A stretch of 64,000 bases of DNA from the IMG/VR virus record IMGVR_UViG_3300028048_000042; one strand, written 5' to 3'. The notes under the pieces were generated by a model. That model saw nothing but the letters and a program-made list of their open reading frames with translations. It had not been told where the DNA came from and searched no databases. Below, one piece after another: positions 1 to 10,492 of this stretch (its first letter is position 1; the number at the start of each line of letters is the position of its first letter). A program made the position numbers and the translations under genes. The stretch is from a virus (lineage: Duplodnaviria > Caudoviricetes).

Positions 1-6
1 AACATT

Positions 7-510
7 GTGCAGGGATTTATGTTTAAAAAATCAATCCATGATTGCGCTAAAGTTCGCAGAGTTCGTCCTATGCTCAATTGGGAAAAATGCTCTAACGTAC
101 ATCTTTTTATCGAAAAACGTTTGTCAGTTCGTCATGCAAGTGAAAAAGAAAAGGAAATTGTAGGTGTTGAGATTCGTAAATATAAACGAAACCATAGAGC
201 ATTTGATTATGAGGATGAATTGAAGTGGTGCAAAACAAATTTGAAAAATCGGTTAAGACAATACAAGGAAAATAAGGTTGAAAAAATTCCTCTTGATGTG
301 ATTTCCAATAGGGTTGCGGAAGTCATGAAAGATTATGCCGATTGTGCTACCAAAAATGATTTTTCTCTCATATTGAAAAAATATCCTTATTCAAAGTCTT
401 TGAGTGCGCATGATTACATTGCTAATATTGCGGTTAAATACGGACGTATTGTTAATTTTGATGATATTGGCGTAAAATCACACCTTTGGGAAATGCTTAA
501 AAAGCAATAA
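7..510 (+). CDS. hypothetical protein (5' end may lie outside window)
   Basis: 167-aa ORF followed by a hairpin at ~533-560. Confidence 0.6.
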   Translation: MQGFMFKKSIHDCAKVRRVRPMLNWEKCSNVHLFIEKRLSVRHASEKEKEIVGVEIRKYKRNHRAFDYEDELKWCKTNLKNRLRQYKENKVEKIPLDVISNRVAEVMKDYADCATKNDFSLILKKYPYSKSLSAHDYIANIAVKYGRIVNFDDIGVKSHLWEMLKKQ

Positions 511-583
511 TGATTTCAATTTGTAATAACAAGCAAGCCTACATAATATGTAGGCTTGCTATTGTATCTATTGGAGGATATAT

Positions 584-829
584 ATGAGTTGTAAATTTTG
601 TGATAAAACTAATGCAGATACAATCAAAGCAAGAATGTTTATTGATAGACCTAATGGAAAAACACTTATAGAGAAAGCAAATGCTTTTATTGACAGAACA
701 GATAAAGGAGATACAAAATTGGTTATAGATGGTTTTTGGGTTGGGTTTGGCAATAAAGGTGATAGTATTGATAAAGTCGAATTTCATATCCGTTTTTGCC
801 CTTTTTGTGGAAAGAAAATAGGAAGTTGA
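584..829 (+). CDS. small Zn-ribbon-like phage protein (CKFC...FCPFCG)
   Basis: GGAGG RBS; two CxxC motifs. Confidence 0.7.
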   Translation: MSCKFCDKTNADTIKARMFIDRPNGKTLIEKANAFIDRTDKGDTKLVIDGFWVGFGNKGDSIDKVEFHIRFCPFCGKKIGS

Positions 830-924
830 TTTATTTGAAAATAGACTTGAAATCAACAAAAGAATATGTTATACTAAAGACAGTTAAAGAAGTTAATTAT
901 ATTCCATAATAGGAGGAATTAAAA

Positions 925-1326
925 ATGATGATTGTCAATTTACCTAAAGATAAAAAACACGTTGTAAAAGATGAAAAAGAAACACAGGAAATCTTAGATA
1001 GAATGGAACGCCTTTCAAAAATAGTGTCCTTATATAGAGAGGTTCGTAAATTCCTAAATGAAGTGGCTGATTCAGATGAACGTTTTAGTTTTTTCGACAG
1101 TCCTTCTATTGCCAACAACAAGACAATCTATATTCTTTGGGATAAAGAGGTCTTTGGAGAGTTCTATATAAAATTCAGAAGTGACGGAGATTCGATTGTT
1201 TTTATTCATGGCAATGCAGAATATTCTTATGAGTGGAAAGAATTGAAAAATAACCTGCCAAAATTAAAAGATTTGCTCATTGCGTATATTGCAGGATTTG
1301 ATGAATTTGAAAAAATGATTAACTAA
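925..1326 (+). CDS. hypothetical protein
   Basis: upstream promoter and AGGAGG RBS. Confidence 0.75.
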   Translation: MMIVNLPKDKKHVVKDEKETQEILDRMERLSKIVSLYREVRKFLNEVADSDERFSFFDSPSIANNKTIYILWDKEVFGEFYIKFRSDGDSIVFIHGNAEYSYEWKELKNNLPKLKDLLIAYIAGFDEFEKMIN

Positions 1327-1403
1327 AAAACACTTGCAATATTGAGTAATCTATGATACACTATATATAGTGATAATTGAGTTCTTAAAAGGAGGAACAA
1401 ATC

Positions 1404-1811
1404 ATGAAGATTTATGACAATGGATGTTATATGTGGGAAAAAATTGTTCTTGGTATGGCTAGAGCAATGGTAAGTGAAGCAAAAACAATTTTGCAGGGAG
1501 AAAATGGCGATAGGTATAACGAAATTATTGATAAAATTGACGAAAACGCCATTGACAAAAATGCTTTGATTTTGCTTGTCAAAACGGCTACGGCATATTG
1601 CAAGGCAGGGCTTTTGAAGAATACCACAAATGAAGGTATGCAGGATGAAGGAGTTGACCTTTTCTTCGACCTTTATTTTGGCAATAATTATCATTTGTTG
1701 CGTGAAAACGATAGTGCCAATGAGTTCTATGAAAAATACCAAAGAATTTTTGAGAAATCACTTACTATTGGCGAATCCGTAGATGATGATATTCGAGTAT
1801 TTTTTGAATGA
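1404..1811 (+). CDS. hypothetical protein
   Basis: promoter, AGGAGG RBS, downstream terminator. Confidence 0.75.
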   Translation: MKIYDNGCYMWEKIVLGMARAMVSEAKTILQGENGDRYNEIIDKIDENAIDKNALILLVKTATAYCKAGLLKNTTNEGMQDEGVDLFFDLYFGNNYHLLRENDSANEFYEKYQRIFEKSLTIGESVDDDIRVFFE

Positions 1812-1819
1812 TAAATATG

Positions 1820-1850
1820 AGCAGGTAGGAAAATCCTACCTGCTTTTTTT
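1820..1850 (+). terminator. intrinsic terminator (representative of ~35 in 1.8-31.2 kb)
   Basis: AGCAGGTAGGA-aaa-TCCTACCTGCT followed by T run. Confidence 0.85.
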
Positions 1851-1943
1851 GTACGCATTTCAGTTAAATTCCTAAATAGTCTGAATTTTTAGGAATTTAG
1901 CAAAGTAGTGAAACAAAAAAATGTTATATGTTAAAAAAAGATA

Positions 1944-1975
1944 TTGACATACTTACATATATATGGTAATATAAT
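1944..1975 (+). promoter_or_regulatory. sigmaA/sigma70 early promoter (representative; similar promoters head nearly every cassette)
   Basis: TTGACA, 17-bp spacer ending TGG, TAATAT(AAT); upstream A-tract UP element. Confidence 0.85.
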
Positions 1976-2016
1976 GGTGTAAGAAGAAATAAGCACTCAA
2001 TAGGAGGTCGTTTGAA

Positions 2017-2463
2017 ATGGAATTGGATAGCATGAAAGTTCTCACTGTGATGAAAGAAGGTTCTTTGTATCGAAACTATGTTTATCCTGCTGATATTGCA
2101 GAAGATGATTTAGAAATGGAGGTGGCAAAAAAACTCGATGAATATGATGTAGACGATAGTTCGGATTTACTCTTTGACCTTATGGAAGATGGTTATATTT
2201 GTTATAACGATTTTGAGTTTTATTTGTCTGAAACAATTAAGGAAAATCCCAAAAAGGTACACATTAAACCGTTTACATTGGTTGGTGTTGATGGTAACGC
2301 ATGGTTTATCATGGGATATGTGCAGAATGCTATGAGAACTGCAAAAATGAGCAATGATGAAATCAAAGAGTATCACGGTAATGCTACAAGTGGAGACTAC
2401 AATCATTTGTTGTGTGTATCTATGGAAATGATTGATAAATGTAATAAAATGTTGGGGTTGTAA
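2017..2463 (+). CDS. hypothetical phage protein (acidic N-half; C-terminal DGNA-W-IMG...SGDY motif)
   Basis: RBS; flanked by promoter and terminator. Confidence 0.75.
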   Translation: MELDSMKVLTVMKEGSLYRNYVYPADIAEDDLEMEVAKKLDEYDVDDSSDLLFDLMEDGYICYNDFEFYLSETIKENPKKVHIKPFTLVGVDGNAWFIMGYVQNAMRTAKMSNDEIKEYHGNATSGDYNHLLCVSMEMIDKCNKMLGL

Positions 2464-2680
2464 AAACAAGGGGAATTTTCCCCTTGTTTTTTTTGTTTAC
2501 ATATTGAACAAATTCCTAAATAGTTTGAAAATTTAGGTGCTTAACGAAAAAGAGGTCTGCCACGAATTGCTGACAAACTTCTTTTTCGTAAATGTAAAAA
2601 TTTTTCTTGACATACATACATATATGTGGTAATATAATGGTGTAAGGGAAATTAAGGTTCTTGATTAGGAGGAACATAAA

Positions 2681-3217
2681 ATGATTAAGGTAAACGGCTT
2701 TGCACTCAAAAACTTCACTACTTGCATGACTGATGATGGATTCTTTATGGACGGAATACTTACCTATAATGGAAAGAACGTTGTGAGTTTCCATGATGAT
2801 GGTCGTGGTGGTGGAATGTATTTTAGAGATGGCAGTAAGAATGTTGGGGAATTGCAGGAAAGCATTCTCGCCACTTATAAAAAGCATGGATTGGATGATG
2901 ATTCAGAATGGTTCGGTAAAGAATTTGCTATGGAATGTTTTATAAATGATATGGCAAATCTTTATGACTTGATTAAAAAGATGAAAAAGCGCAAATGCGT
3001 AGGGGACAGACCTATTGTGTATTCTATTCTGCGTGAACAGAAGGGAATGAATCGCAAACATCTTTCTTTTGTCGGCGTATACTTGAACGATAAATGTCCT
3101 GCTGATTATCCTAAAGTCGTTTCTCAGATTGAGGAAAGTGAAAATGGCAAGGTTGTTGGTTACGTGGACGATATTAAAAATCGTACCATCAATGCTGAAA
3201 TTTTCAACATGGCTTGA
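2681..3217 (+). CDS. hypothetical phage protein (DDGRGG motif)
   Basis: AGGAGG RBS and promoter. Confidence 0.75.
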   Translation: MIKVNGFALKNFTTCMTDDGFFMDGILTYNGKNVVSFHDDGRGGGMYFRDGSKNVGELQESILATYKKHGLDDDSEWFGKEFAMECFINDMANLYDLIKKMKKRKCVGDRPIVYSILREQKGMNRKHLSFVGVYLNDKCPADYPKVVSQIEESENGKVVGYVDDIKNRTINAEIFNMA

Positions 3218-3231
3218 TGGAGGAATGAAAA

Positions 3232-3483
3232 GTGACGAATGAAAGAAAAGAAGAAATTAAAATGTTGCTTGATGAACATTTTGATAAAATCGGTGCAATT
3301 ATTCCAACATTTAAGGAAACGTTGAAGGAAATTCTTAAAAACGCACCTACGGAACACGAAATTAAAGAAGTCAATGAAGGGAGACTCGTTGACCTGTATG
3401 CGGAATTACATTGCCTGTATGCAGAAATAACAAATGTTGTGGATGAATATAATGATGTAAAAGAATATAAAGACAAAAAATAA
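3232..3483 (+). CDS. hypothetical protein
   Basis: GGAGG RBS, GTG start, terminator follows. Confidence 0.7.
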   Translation: MTNERKEEIKMLLDEHFDKIGAIIPTFKETLKEILKNAPTEHEIKEVNEGRLVDLYAELHCLYAEITNVVDEYNDVKEYKDKK

Positions 3484-3660
3484 AAAAAAGGGAGAAAACT
3501 CCCTTTTTTTTCTTGTCGAAATTCTTAAATTGTCTGAACATTTATGAATTTGTATATTAAAAAAATGGTGGTTTTGTTTGCGTAAGAATAAAAATTTTTC
3601 TTGACATACATTGTATATTATGATACTATAGTATTGTAAGTTTTTAAGGAGGTGTGTGAA

Positions 3661-3822
3661 ATGGCTAAGAATAAATTTGTTTCTTATGAGAAACTTTCCA
3701 AGAAGGAACAGAAGAAACGTAACGCGCAAAAGCGTGGTGATTGGGGACTAACCAAACCCATCACAAAGGTTGTACCTTCTAAGAAGGTTTATAACCGAAA
3801 AAAAGAGAAGTTTATTGCATAG
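3661..3822 (+). CDS. small basic protein MAKNKFVSYEKLSKKEQKKRNAQKRGDWG...KKVYNRKKEKFIA (53 aa, below ORF-track cutoff)
   Basis: own promoter, AGGAGG RBS and terminator. Confidence 0.75.
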   Translation: MAKNKFVSYEKLSKKEQKKRNAQKRGDWGLTKPITKVVPSKKVYNRKKEKFIA

Positions 3823-3920
3823 CTTCTCTTTTTTTTCGAAATAACAAAAAAAATATCATAACATACTTGATTTTTTCAACTTATTGTGTTATACTAAGTG
3901 TGATGTGAGGGAGGACAAAT

Positions 3921-4262
3921 ATGATGGAAAAGATTCAAGAAATACTGTTAAAAGATGGTCGGAAAATATCATTATACAACAAAGAAGGTTTGATGGCGTA
4001 TGGGTTTTCTACTCCACAAATAGATGCTTTGCCTTTTTGTGTGGATATAGAAAATGACGATTTACAAAATGCGTTTATCAAAACAAAAAGGTTAAATTTC
4101 TATAATATGATGGGTAAATACATTGGTATGATAGATAATGCACGGACAGGGTTTATGGAGCTTTTATCAGACATTAACACATATCATTTACAAGATTGTG
4201 TTGAAATGAAAAATAATTGCACCATGATAAAAGCTGAATTAATGACACGATTTAAATTCTAA
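3921..4262 (+). CDS. hypothetical protein
   Basis: promoter and GGAGG RBS. Confidence 0.7.
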   Translation: MMEKIQEILLKDGRKISLYNKEGLMAYGFSTPQIDALPFCVDIENDDLQNAFIKTKRLNFYNMMGKYIGMIDNARTGFMELLSDINTYHLQDCVEMKNNCTMIKAELMTRFKF

Positions 4263-4290
4263 AATACAAAATGCCCCATGCTAAACTGAC

Positions 4291-4587
4291 ATGGGGCGTT
4301 TAGAAAGGATAATAACAATGAGAATGATGAAGCCATTAGGCAAAAGAATGGAAAAATATGATTCTGAACGTAGGAAATTGATTAAAGAAATTTCAACAAG
4401 CAAATATATGAGGATTGAAGCAACTGCAAAACGAGAACCAAAGATTGTAAAGAACAACTTCATAAGACCTTATGTTTGCAAAGCCTGTGGACAGTTTTGT
4501 GAATGTATTCTTATTTCTCATGCAGAGCAACACGGATTTAAGACAAAGCAGGAATTTCTTGATAGTGGTTTGTTAGTACAAGTATGA
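4291..4587 (+). CDS. C2H2-like Zn-binding protein, paralog of 4611-4838
   Basis: YVCKACG...HAEQHG; true start may be 4318. Confidence 0.7.
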   Translation: MGRLERIITMRMMKPLGKRMEKYDSERRKLIKEISTSKYMRIEATAKREPKIVKNNFIRPYVCKACGQFCECILISHAEQHGFKTKQEFLDSGLLVQV

Positions 4588-4610
4588 ACAATTTGAGGGA
4601 GTGGCAATAA

Positions 4611-4838
4611 TTGAAGCACGATGTTAGTAAATGTGAAAGAAAAACAAAACGAGCAATATATGATGAAATTGAAAGGGAAAATCATCGGTTAAAAATCAAA
4701 CGTCCTAGCTATAATGGCAATTATGTTTGCAAATTGTGTGGTCAGTATTGCGAATGTGTGCTAACAATCCATGCAGAGCAACATGGATATAAAACAAAAA
4801 AAGAATTCCTTGAAAGTGGTAATCTTGTAGCGGTTTGA
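4611..4838 (+). CDS. C2H2-like Zn-binding protein, paralog of 4291-4587
   Basis: YVCKLCG...HAEQHG. Confidence 0.7.
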   Translation: MKHDVSKCERKTKRAIYDEIERENHRLKIKRPSYNGNYVCKLCGQYCECVLTIHAEQHGYKTKKEFLESGNLVAV

Positions 4839-5069
4839 GAATTGGGGGCATAATCCCCAATTCTTTTTTTGTTGTTTATACGCACTATCCCCAAATTCCT
4901 AAATAATCTGAAAATTTAGGAATTTGTCATAAGATAAAACTCTCCGCTTTTTGACATTTTTTCACAACGTGTAATGGCAAAATTTTTAAAAAAAAAAGAT
5001 ATTGACATACATACCAATGTATGATATTATAATAGTGTAAGCAAAAAACGTTTTCGGAGGTATAAAATC

Positions 5070-5285
5070 ATGGTACACATTGTTATTGAAAGTTTGAACG
5101 ATTTGGACGATACGACAAAAATTGTTGGTGTTTTCAACAACATTGAAAAGGCACAGGCTTGTTTTGAAAATTTGTTGAACAAATATGATGTAACAAATGA
5201 AGTCGAATATACAAATGCTTTGCAGGATTTGTATTACAGTGATGGTGGTGTGGAATTTCATGTGGAAAGTTGGGAGGTTGCTTAA
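5070..5285 (+). CDS. hypothetical protein
   Basis: promoter and GGAGG RBS. Confidence 0.75.
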   Translation: MVHIVIESLNDLDDTTKIVGVFNNIEKAQACFENLLNKYDVTNEVEYTNALQDLYYSDGGVEFHVESWEVA

Positions 5286-5286
5286 A

Positions 5287-5493
5287 ATGACATACAAGGA
5301 AAAATATTGCGCTTATATCCATAAGTCTTTCAAACAGATTTGGAAGGAGTTTGAAGATGTTCTTTTCGATGAAGTAAATGGAGAATTAATACTTTCCGAG
5401 GATTGGGAAATATACGATAAAGGTACATCAAGGGAATACATTTGGGCAAGCATGGAGGAAATTTTTGGTATCGTTATTGGAGAATATTTGTAA
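5287..5493 (+). CDS. hypothetical protein
   Basis: GGAGG within upstream gene end; start reassigned to MTYKEK. Confidence 0.7.
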   Translation: MTYKEKYCAYIHKSFKQIWKEFEDVLFDEVNGELILSEDWEIYDKGTSREYIWASMEEIFGIVIGEYL

Positions 5494-5716
5494 AATTCAT
5501 CACAAAGATATATTAAAGAAGGTTTTGTAAGTGGTCGTAGTAAGATGGTTGGATGATACGTGGCAAGTACATAATACAACAGTTGAAGTAGATACCTTGT
5601 CAAAAGCAGAATGGAAAATTTGGCAAGAAAACAAAAACTGTATAAGCATTATGTTTTCAAAATTCAATTGACAAAAACCTCCCTATTTGATATAATTTCA
5701 ATAGGGAGGTTTTTGT

Positions 5717-6415
5717 ATGGTTTCTGATGAAGATATATTGAAATTTGTAAGTCTCAGCAGATTGATGATGTGCTTACCACAAAATCATGTTCAAAAAATG
5801 GTACATTGCTATTTGGCTTGTCAATGTGATAAATCTAATGAAAGTTGGAGTATACCAATAAAAGAAAAAGAACTCTCGACAAGGATGATAATTCATTTTT
5901 TACAAACAACTTGTTTTAAAGATATGTTACAATATGAATTGTTTTGGAAAATTGCAAGCATATTGACGAAGCGATTTTATCTTAAAGTGATGGAAATTAG
6001 TTTTGAACAAGCGGTGGAAAATATGAAAATGTTTTTGACACATTTTTCATCTTTGAATGTTCCACAAAATTGTCAAGTGAATTATGTATATCATTCTGAC
6101 AAGCTAATTAAAACTTTAGAAAAACTTGAAAAAAATCATTGTATAAGAAGAATAACAGGACAGTTTAATACTTTAAATGAAATAAAAGAAATTATTGCAG
6201 ACGTAAAAGCAGAAAGCAAAAACAATGAATTTGTTTGCACAAGCAATTTTTATTCAATAAATAACCAACTGCCATTAATAACTTTTTGGTATTTAATACC
6301 ATTGAATCATGTATTTTCAAAATTATTAACTGTTGATACATTTTCCACTATATATAATATTGAAAATTTGAAAAAAATCAATTATACAACTATTACAGAC
6401 TTTATCTATGCGTAA
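5717..6415 (+). CDS. hypothetical protein
   Basis: 232-aa ORF; promoter and RBS embedded in a 17-bp inverted repeat. Confidence 0.7.
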   Translation: MVSDEDILKFVSLSRLMMCLPQNHVQKMVHCYLACQCDKSNESWSIPIKEKELSTRMIIHFLQTTCFKDMLQYELFWKIASILTKRFYLKVMEISFEQAVENMKMFLTHFSSLNVPQNCQVNYVYHSDKLIKTLEKLEKNHCIRRITGQFNTLNEIKEIIADVKAESKNNEFVCTSNFYSINNQLPLITFWYLIPLNHVFSKLLTVDTFSTIYNIENLKKINYTTITDFIYA

Positions 6416-6685
6416 AAAAAAAGAGAAGGTTTATTCCTTCTCTTTTTTTTTACCGTTCTATTTATATCTTTAGGAGGTAAATTCCTAAACTGTCTGAAAA
6501 TTTAGGAATTTGTACAAGGGGGGAGTTACCTTGCGACTTAACCATGAAAAAGTATCTTGCACCATTAAAAAAATACTTACAATAACTTAAAATATAATAA
6601 CAAATGAAAATAAATTTTGTTGACTTGTATATGAAATTGTGGTAACATGATAATGTAAATGAAATTGAGTTAAGGAGAAATAATT

Positions 6686-7192
6686 ATGCTTAAAGATACC
6701 ATAAAATCTATGCTGACAAACAGAAGGGAAAGACTTGTCGGTGAAGCGAAAAAAGAAAAAGAAAACTTTGAAAATCAAATGAAAAGATTGAAAAGTCTAA
6801 TGGTTTTGTTACAAGAAGATGTAGAAATTAGAAAAATGATTCATGAAGAAGGACTCGCATCTTATCTCGATGATTTTTTGTGGAATGCAAGGGATAATTC
6901 AATGGGATTTGCTCTTTATGCTAATAACAGTGAATTTCGTATTGGCGAAATCGTGCAAGATTTGAAATTTCTAGGTTTTTACAACGCAACATTACTCGTA
7001 GGCATTAACCCAACAGAGGAATCTTTTATCGTTGAAAGTTTTAACAGTCGAATGAGATATATTGATATAGACGAAGCTCCCCAATGTATGCAAACTTCTA
7101 ATTTTTTGAAGCGTTTTTGTGATGATTTAGAAGCGTTTCACACAGATTTTCAAAAATATGTAAAATCAATTAAATGGGAAGAAATTGATTAA
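6686..7192 (+). CDS. hypothetical protein
   Basis: RBS; terminator follows. Confidence 0.75.
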   Translation: MLKDTIKSMLTNRRERLVGEAKKEKENFENQMKRLKSLMVLLQEDVEIRKMIHEEGLASYLDDFLWNARDNSMGFALYANNSEFRIGEIVQDLKFLGFYNATLLVGINPTEESFIVESFNSRMRYIDIDEAPQCMQTSNFLKRFCDDLEAFHTDFQKYVKSIKWEEID

Positions 7193-7374
7193 GAACAGGG
7201 ATTTTCCTTGTTCTTTTTTTAATTGTTAGAATAAATTCCTAAAGATTCTGACTATTTAGAATTTCATATAGAAAGATAACAAAAAAATCTCATAACATAC
7301 TTGACAAAACTCCTAAAAGTGATATAATGATTATAGTAAATGAAATTGAGTTATCTAATAGGAGGTAATTTATT

Positions 7375-7653
7375 ATGACGAAGAATCTTATCAGCCCTGC
7401 AAGTGGTGCAAAGGTAGCTAATCAGTTTGAAGTGGTGGAAGGTAACAAAACAACCTTTGTATCTTACACAACGAAAATTGCAGAATTAGAAGGGGACAAA
7501 ATTACGTTGGATAACAACGCATTGGATTATAGCCAAACTACTTCTAAATGGTTATATCACTTCTTGCGTACTCATTTGGGTGGTAATTTTAATCGTTCAA
7601 TCATTTTGAGAAAGATTAAGGCAGGTAAAATTGCTACTGCAAATCTTAACTGA
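7375..7653 (+). CDS. phage protein with SYxTxI...YSxTTSK motif
   Basis: motif recalled from other phage proteins; strong RBS. Confidence 0.7.
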   Translation: MTKNLISPASGAKVANQFEVVEGNKTTFVSYTTKIAELEGDKITLDNNALDYSQTTSKWLYHFLRTHLGGNFNRSIILRKIKAGKIATANLN

Positions 7654-7695
7654 ACAAATAAGATGGATAATTTTTAATAAAAATATTGGGAGGAA

Positions 7696-8271
7696 TTGAA
7701 AATGACGAAAGAACATTTAGAGGAACTTATCAACGGAGTAATTAACCATATTGCGGTTGCCAATTCTGTTAGTGAACAGATTGAAGAACTTGACCGAATG
7801 GGCTTTACGAAAGATGATTTGCTTTACTTTGGCTATTCCAAAGAAGATTTAAAAGACCATTTTTCCGAAACTTTTCTATCGTTGTTTAAAGAATTGTATG
7901 ACGATACAGGCATTATTTGTGATGAAAATATGGATTTGTCACGATTGCTTCCTAGCAATGCAATGGATATTGCCATTAAAGTGGTAGAAGAATATGGCTA
8001 CAATACGAATTATGAGGATTTTACATGGGACAAAGTGCTTGATATGTGTAATGATATTGCTTGTGAGATTTGCAAAATTGACTTGGCAGATACAAGAAAA
8101 TGGAATGATATTTCAGAAGTTATGATGAAATACTTCTTTACTGATTATATAGATTCTCATGGTTATGATAAAAACCAAACTATGCAAATGGTTATTGGGG
8201 AATGTTATCACGAAGCTATTGCCAATCTTTGCACAGAACCTTCTGTTTTAGAATATTTTAAAAGAGTGTGA
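7696..8271 (+). CDS. acidic hypothetical protein
   Basis: GGAGG RBS. Confidence 0.75.
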   Translation: MKMTKEHLEELINGVINHIAVANSVSEQIEELDRMGFTKDDLLYFGYSKEDLKDHFSETFLSLFKELYDDTGIICDENMDLSRLLPSNAMDIAIKVVEEYGYNTNYEDFTWDKVLDMCNDIACEICKIDLADTRKWNDISEVMMKYFFTDYIDSHGYDKNQTMQMVIGECYHEAIANLCTEPSVLEYFKRV

Positions 8272-8415
8272 TACATAAAGGCAGGGAACAAAATACCCTG
8301 CCTTTATATTTATTTAAAATAAAAAAAATCCCATAACATACTTGACAAAACTCTTAAAAGTGATATAATGATTATAGTAAATGAAATTGTGTTATCTAAT
8401 AGGAGGTAATTCATT

Positions 8416-8910
8416 ATGGCAAAGAAAATTATTTGGACAAGTGAAATTAATATGGAAGATTGGAAAGAATTTTTAGAAGAAGAATATCCTAAAATAAAAG
8501 ATAAAAACGAACAATATGACCTTGTTCGTGATTATATCATTCGTAATTTAGAAGATGAACGTCAAAATCTTAACATTCCTACCAATGGAAGAATCCTTAT
8601 GATTGCAGATTTGGGTTTGTGGGATGGGCGTAGAAGTGGCTATATGATTATTGATAAACGAAACATCAATGCCATTCTTACAAATTACTATGAAGGAGAG
8701 ACTGAATATTACTCTGATGGGTGGAATATCAAAGGGGTTTGGAAGCATCATGACGGTACGAATTATTACGAATTTCGTGAAATTCGTGAAGGTAAGCACA
8801 TTGATAACCTTTTAAATCGTTTGTATTGTGGAAAACCTGTTAATCGCAAGATGATTAACTATTACACAAAATCAATTGCACCACAGGTAAATGCAGTATA
8901 TGGTTGGTAA
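8416..8910 (+). CDS. hypothetical phage protein (LGLWDG...HHDGTN motifs)
   Basis: promoter, RBS, terminator. Confidence 0.75.
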   Translation: MAKKIIWTSEINMEDWKEFLEEEYPKIKDKNEQYDLVRDYIIRNLEDERQNLNIPTNGRILMIADLGLWDGRRSGYMIIDKRNINAILTNYYEGETEYYSDGWNIKGVWKHHDGTNYYEFREIREGKHIDNLLNRLYCGKPVNRKMINYYTKSIAPQVNAVYGW

Positions 8911-9162
8911 AAAAAAGCAGGGAAACCTGCTTTTTTTTGTAATTATTCTTTGGCAAATTCCTAAACTTTCAGACTATTTAGGAATTTGCCAAGGAAATCT
9001 AAAATTGCTTATTTCCTCCAATAAGTATCGTAAAATGATATTTATTGGAGGAAATAGGCATATTTTTTAAAAAAGTTTCATATCATACTTGACATATATA
9101 CATATATATGGTAATATAATATTGTAAATGAAATTAAGCTATCCAACAGGAGGTAATCAAAA

Positions 9163-9606
9163 ATGGAAATGACAAAAACCAATTTGAAAAAGTTTCGTGC
9201 TGATTTCGCTAAAGCAGTGAAAGTCCTTGAAAAAAGTTATGGTGTAAAGTTGGAATTGGGTTCGATTTCGTATTCTGAAAACAACTTTACCACAAGACTG
9301 ACTGTTACCAATGGCGGTGATAACAGTGAGGTGGAAAAGACAAAATTTGAATGTGCAATTATCAATTTTTCTATGTATGGACTGACAAAAACTGATTATC
9401 GTAAAGAGTTTAAAGGAAAAGATGGAAAAACGTATCGGCTTGTAGGTGTAAAACCTAGAGCACGGAAAAACCCTTTTGTTATTGAGACAGTTGGCGGTAC
9501 ACGTTATACTTGTGCGCCTGAATTTTTGGGATTGGAAATGAATTTCAAAGGTTGGACTGTTACAGAACACAAAGCTGATGGCTCAATGAATACAATTAAT
9601 CTTTAA
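9163..9606 (+). CDS. hypothetical phage protein
   Basis: promoter, RBS, terminator. Confidence 0.75.
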   Translation: MEMTKTNLKKFRADFAKAVKVLEKSYGVKLELGSISYSENNFTTRLTVTNGGDNSEVEKTKFECAIINFSMYGLTKTDYRKEFKGKDGKTYRLVGVKPRARKNPFVIETVGGTRYTCAPEFLGLEMNFKGWTVTEHKADGSMNTINL

Positions 9607-9743
9607 TGACAGTAAAAGCAAGGTAAAATTTTGCCTTGCTTTTTTTGATATGATAAATTTAAAAAAACTGTTGACATACATATACAAATATGGTAATATA
9701 ATATTGTAAATGAAATTAAACTATCCAATAGGAGGTAATTAAA

Positions 9744-10151
9744 ATGAGTAGAGAAGCAAATGTAGAATTTAACGTTGAAGATACGGAAGCGGTTGTTGAA
9801 TGGTTTACTACTTTTTGTTGCATTGCCGAGGTGCACAACGATAATTTATGGATTTACGTTGATTGGGGAGAAACGGTCAAAGACACTTTGGAAAAATTTA
9901 TCAAAGATAATCCTACTATTGCAATAGATGTATTTGTAGACCAAGATGAAGCAGGTTATAGTGAGGATTGTCAAACAGATTATTACGTTCGCAATGGTAA
10001 AATCATTACTGTTGACGATAACAATACTACAATTTCCTTAGATAAATTGTCTAAAATGACAAGCAGTGAAATTAGAGATTGTATCGCAAATTATAAAGCC
10101 TTAATGGAGTCAATTAAGCCATTAGAAGAATGTGTTAAGGGGGATAAATAA
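9744..10151 (+). CDS. hypothetical protein
   Basis: promoter and RBS. Confidence 0.75.
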   Translation: MSREANVEFNVEDTEAVVEWFTTFCCIAEVHNDNLWIYVDWGETVKDTLEKFIKDNPTIAIDVFVDQDEAGYSEDCQTDYYVRNGKIITVDDNNTTISLDKLSKMTSSEIRDCIANYKALMESIKPLEECVKGDK

Positions 10152-10153
10152 TT

Positions 10154-10492
10154 ATGGATAGCAAAAAACATAAAATCAACATTACGAATTTACTTCTTCG
10201 CTTGAAAAAGGAACAAAAGAAAAACAATTTGGAGTATATTGACTTGTACGATTGTATTTTTGAACATGATGTTGAACACATGGTAGAAGTTTTGCGAGAA
10301 ATGGGAGAAAAGAAATTCTTGATTTCAGTCAAGCAAACAAATGTGGTTGACATTATTGCGATGTTTGAAAAACAGGGATTTAAACTGATTGGTGTTGTCG
10401 AAGTCACTGATTGCTATGGTCATTATGAATATGATGAAAATGGCAATTCAAAATTATCCACTAAAAACGCTTTTTTGATGGAAGTTCGATAA
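10154..10492 (+). CDS. hypothetical protein
   Basis: coupled to upstream ORF; terminator follows. Confidence 0.7.
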   Translation: MDSKKHKINITNLLLRLKKEQKKNNLEYIDLYDCIFEHDVEHMVEVLREMGEKKFLISVKQTNVVDIIAMFEKQGFKLIGVVEVTDCYGHYEYDENGNSKLSTKNAFLMEVR

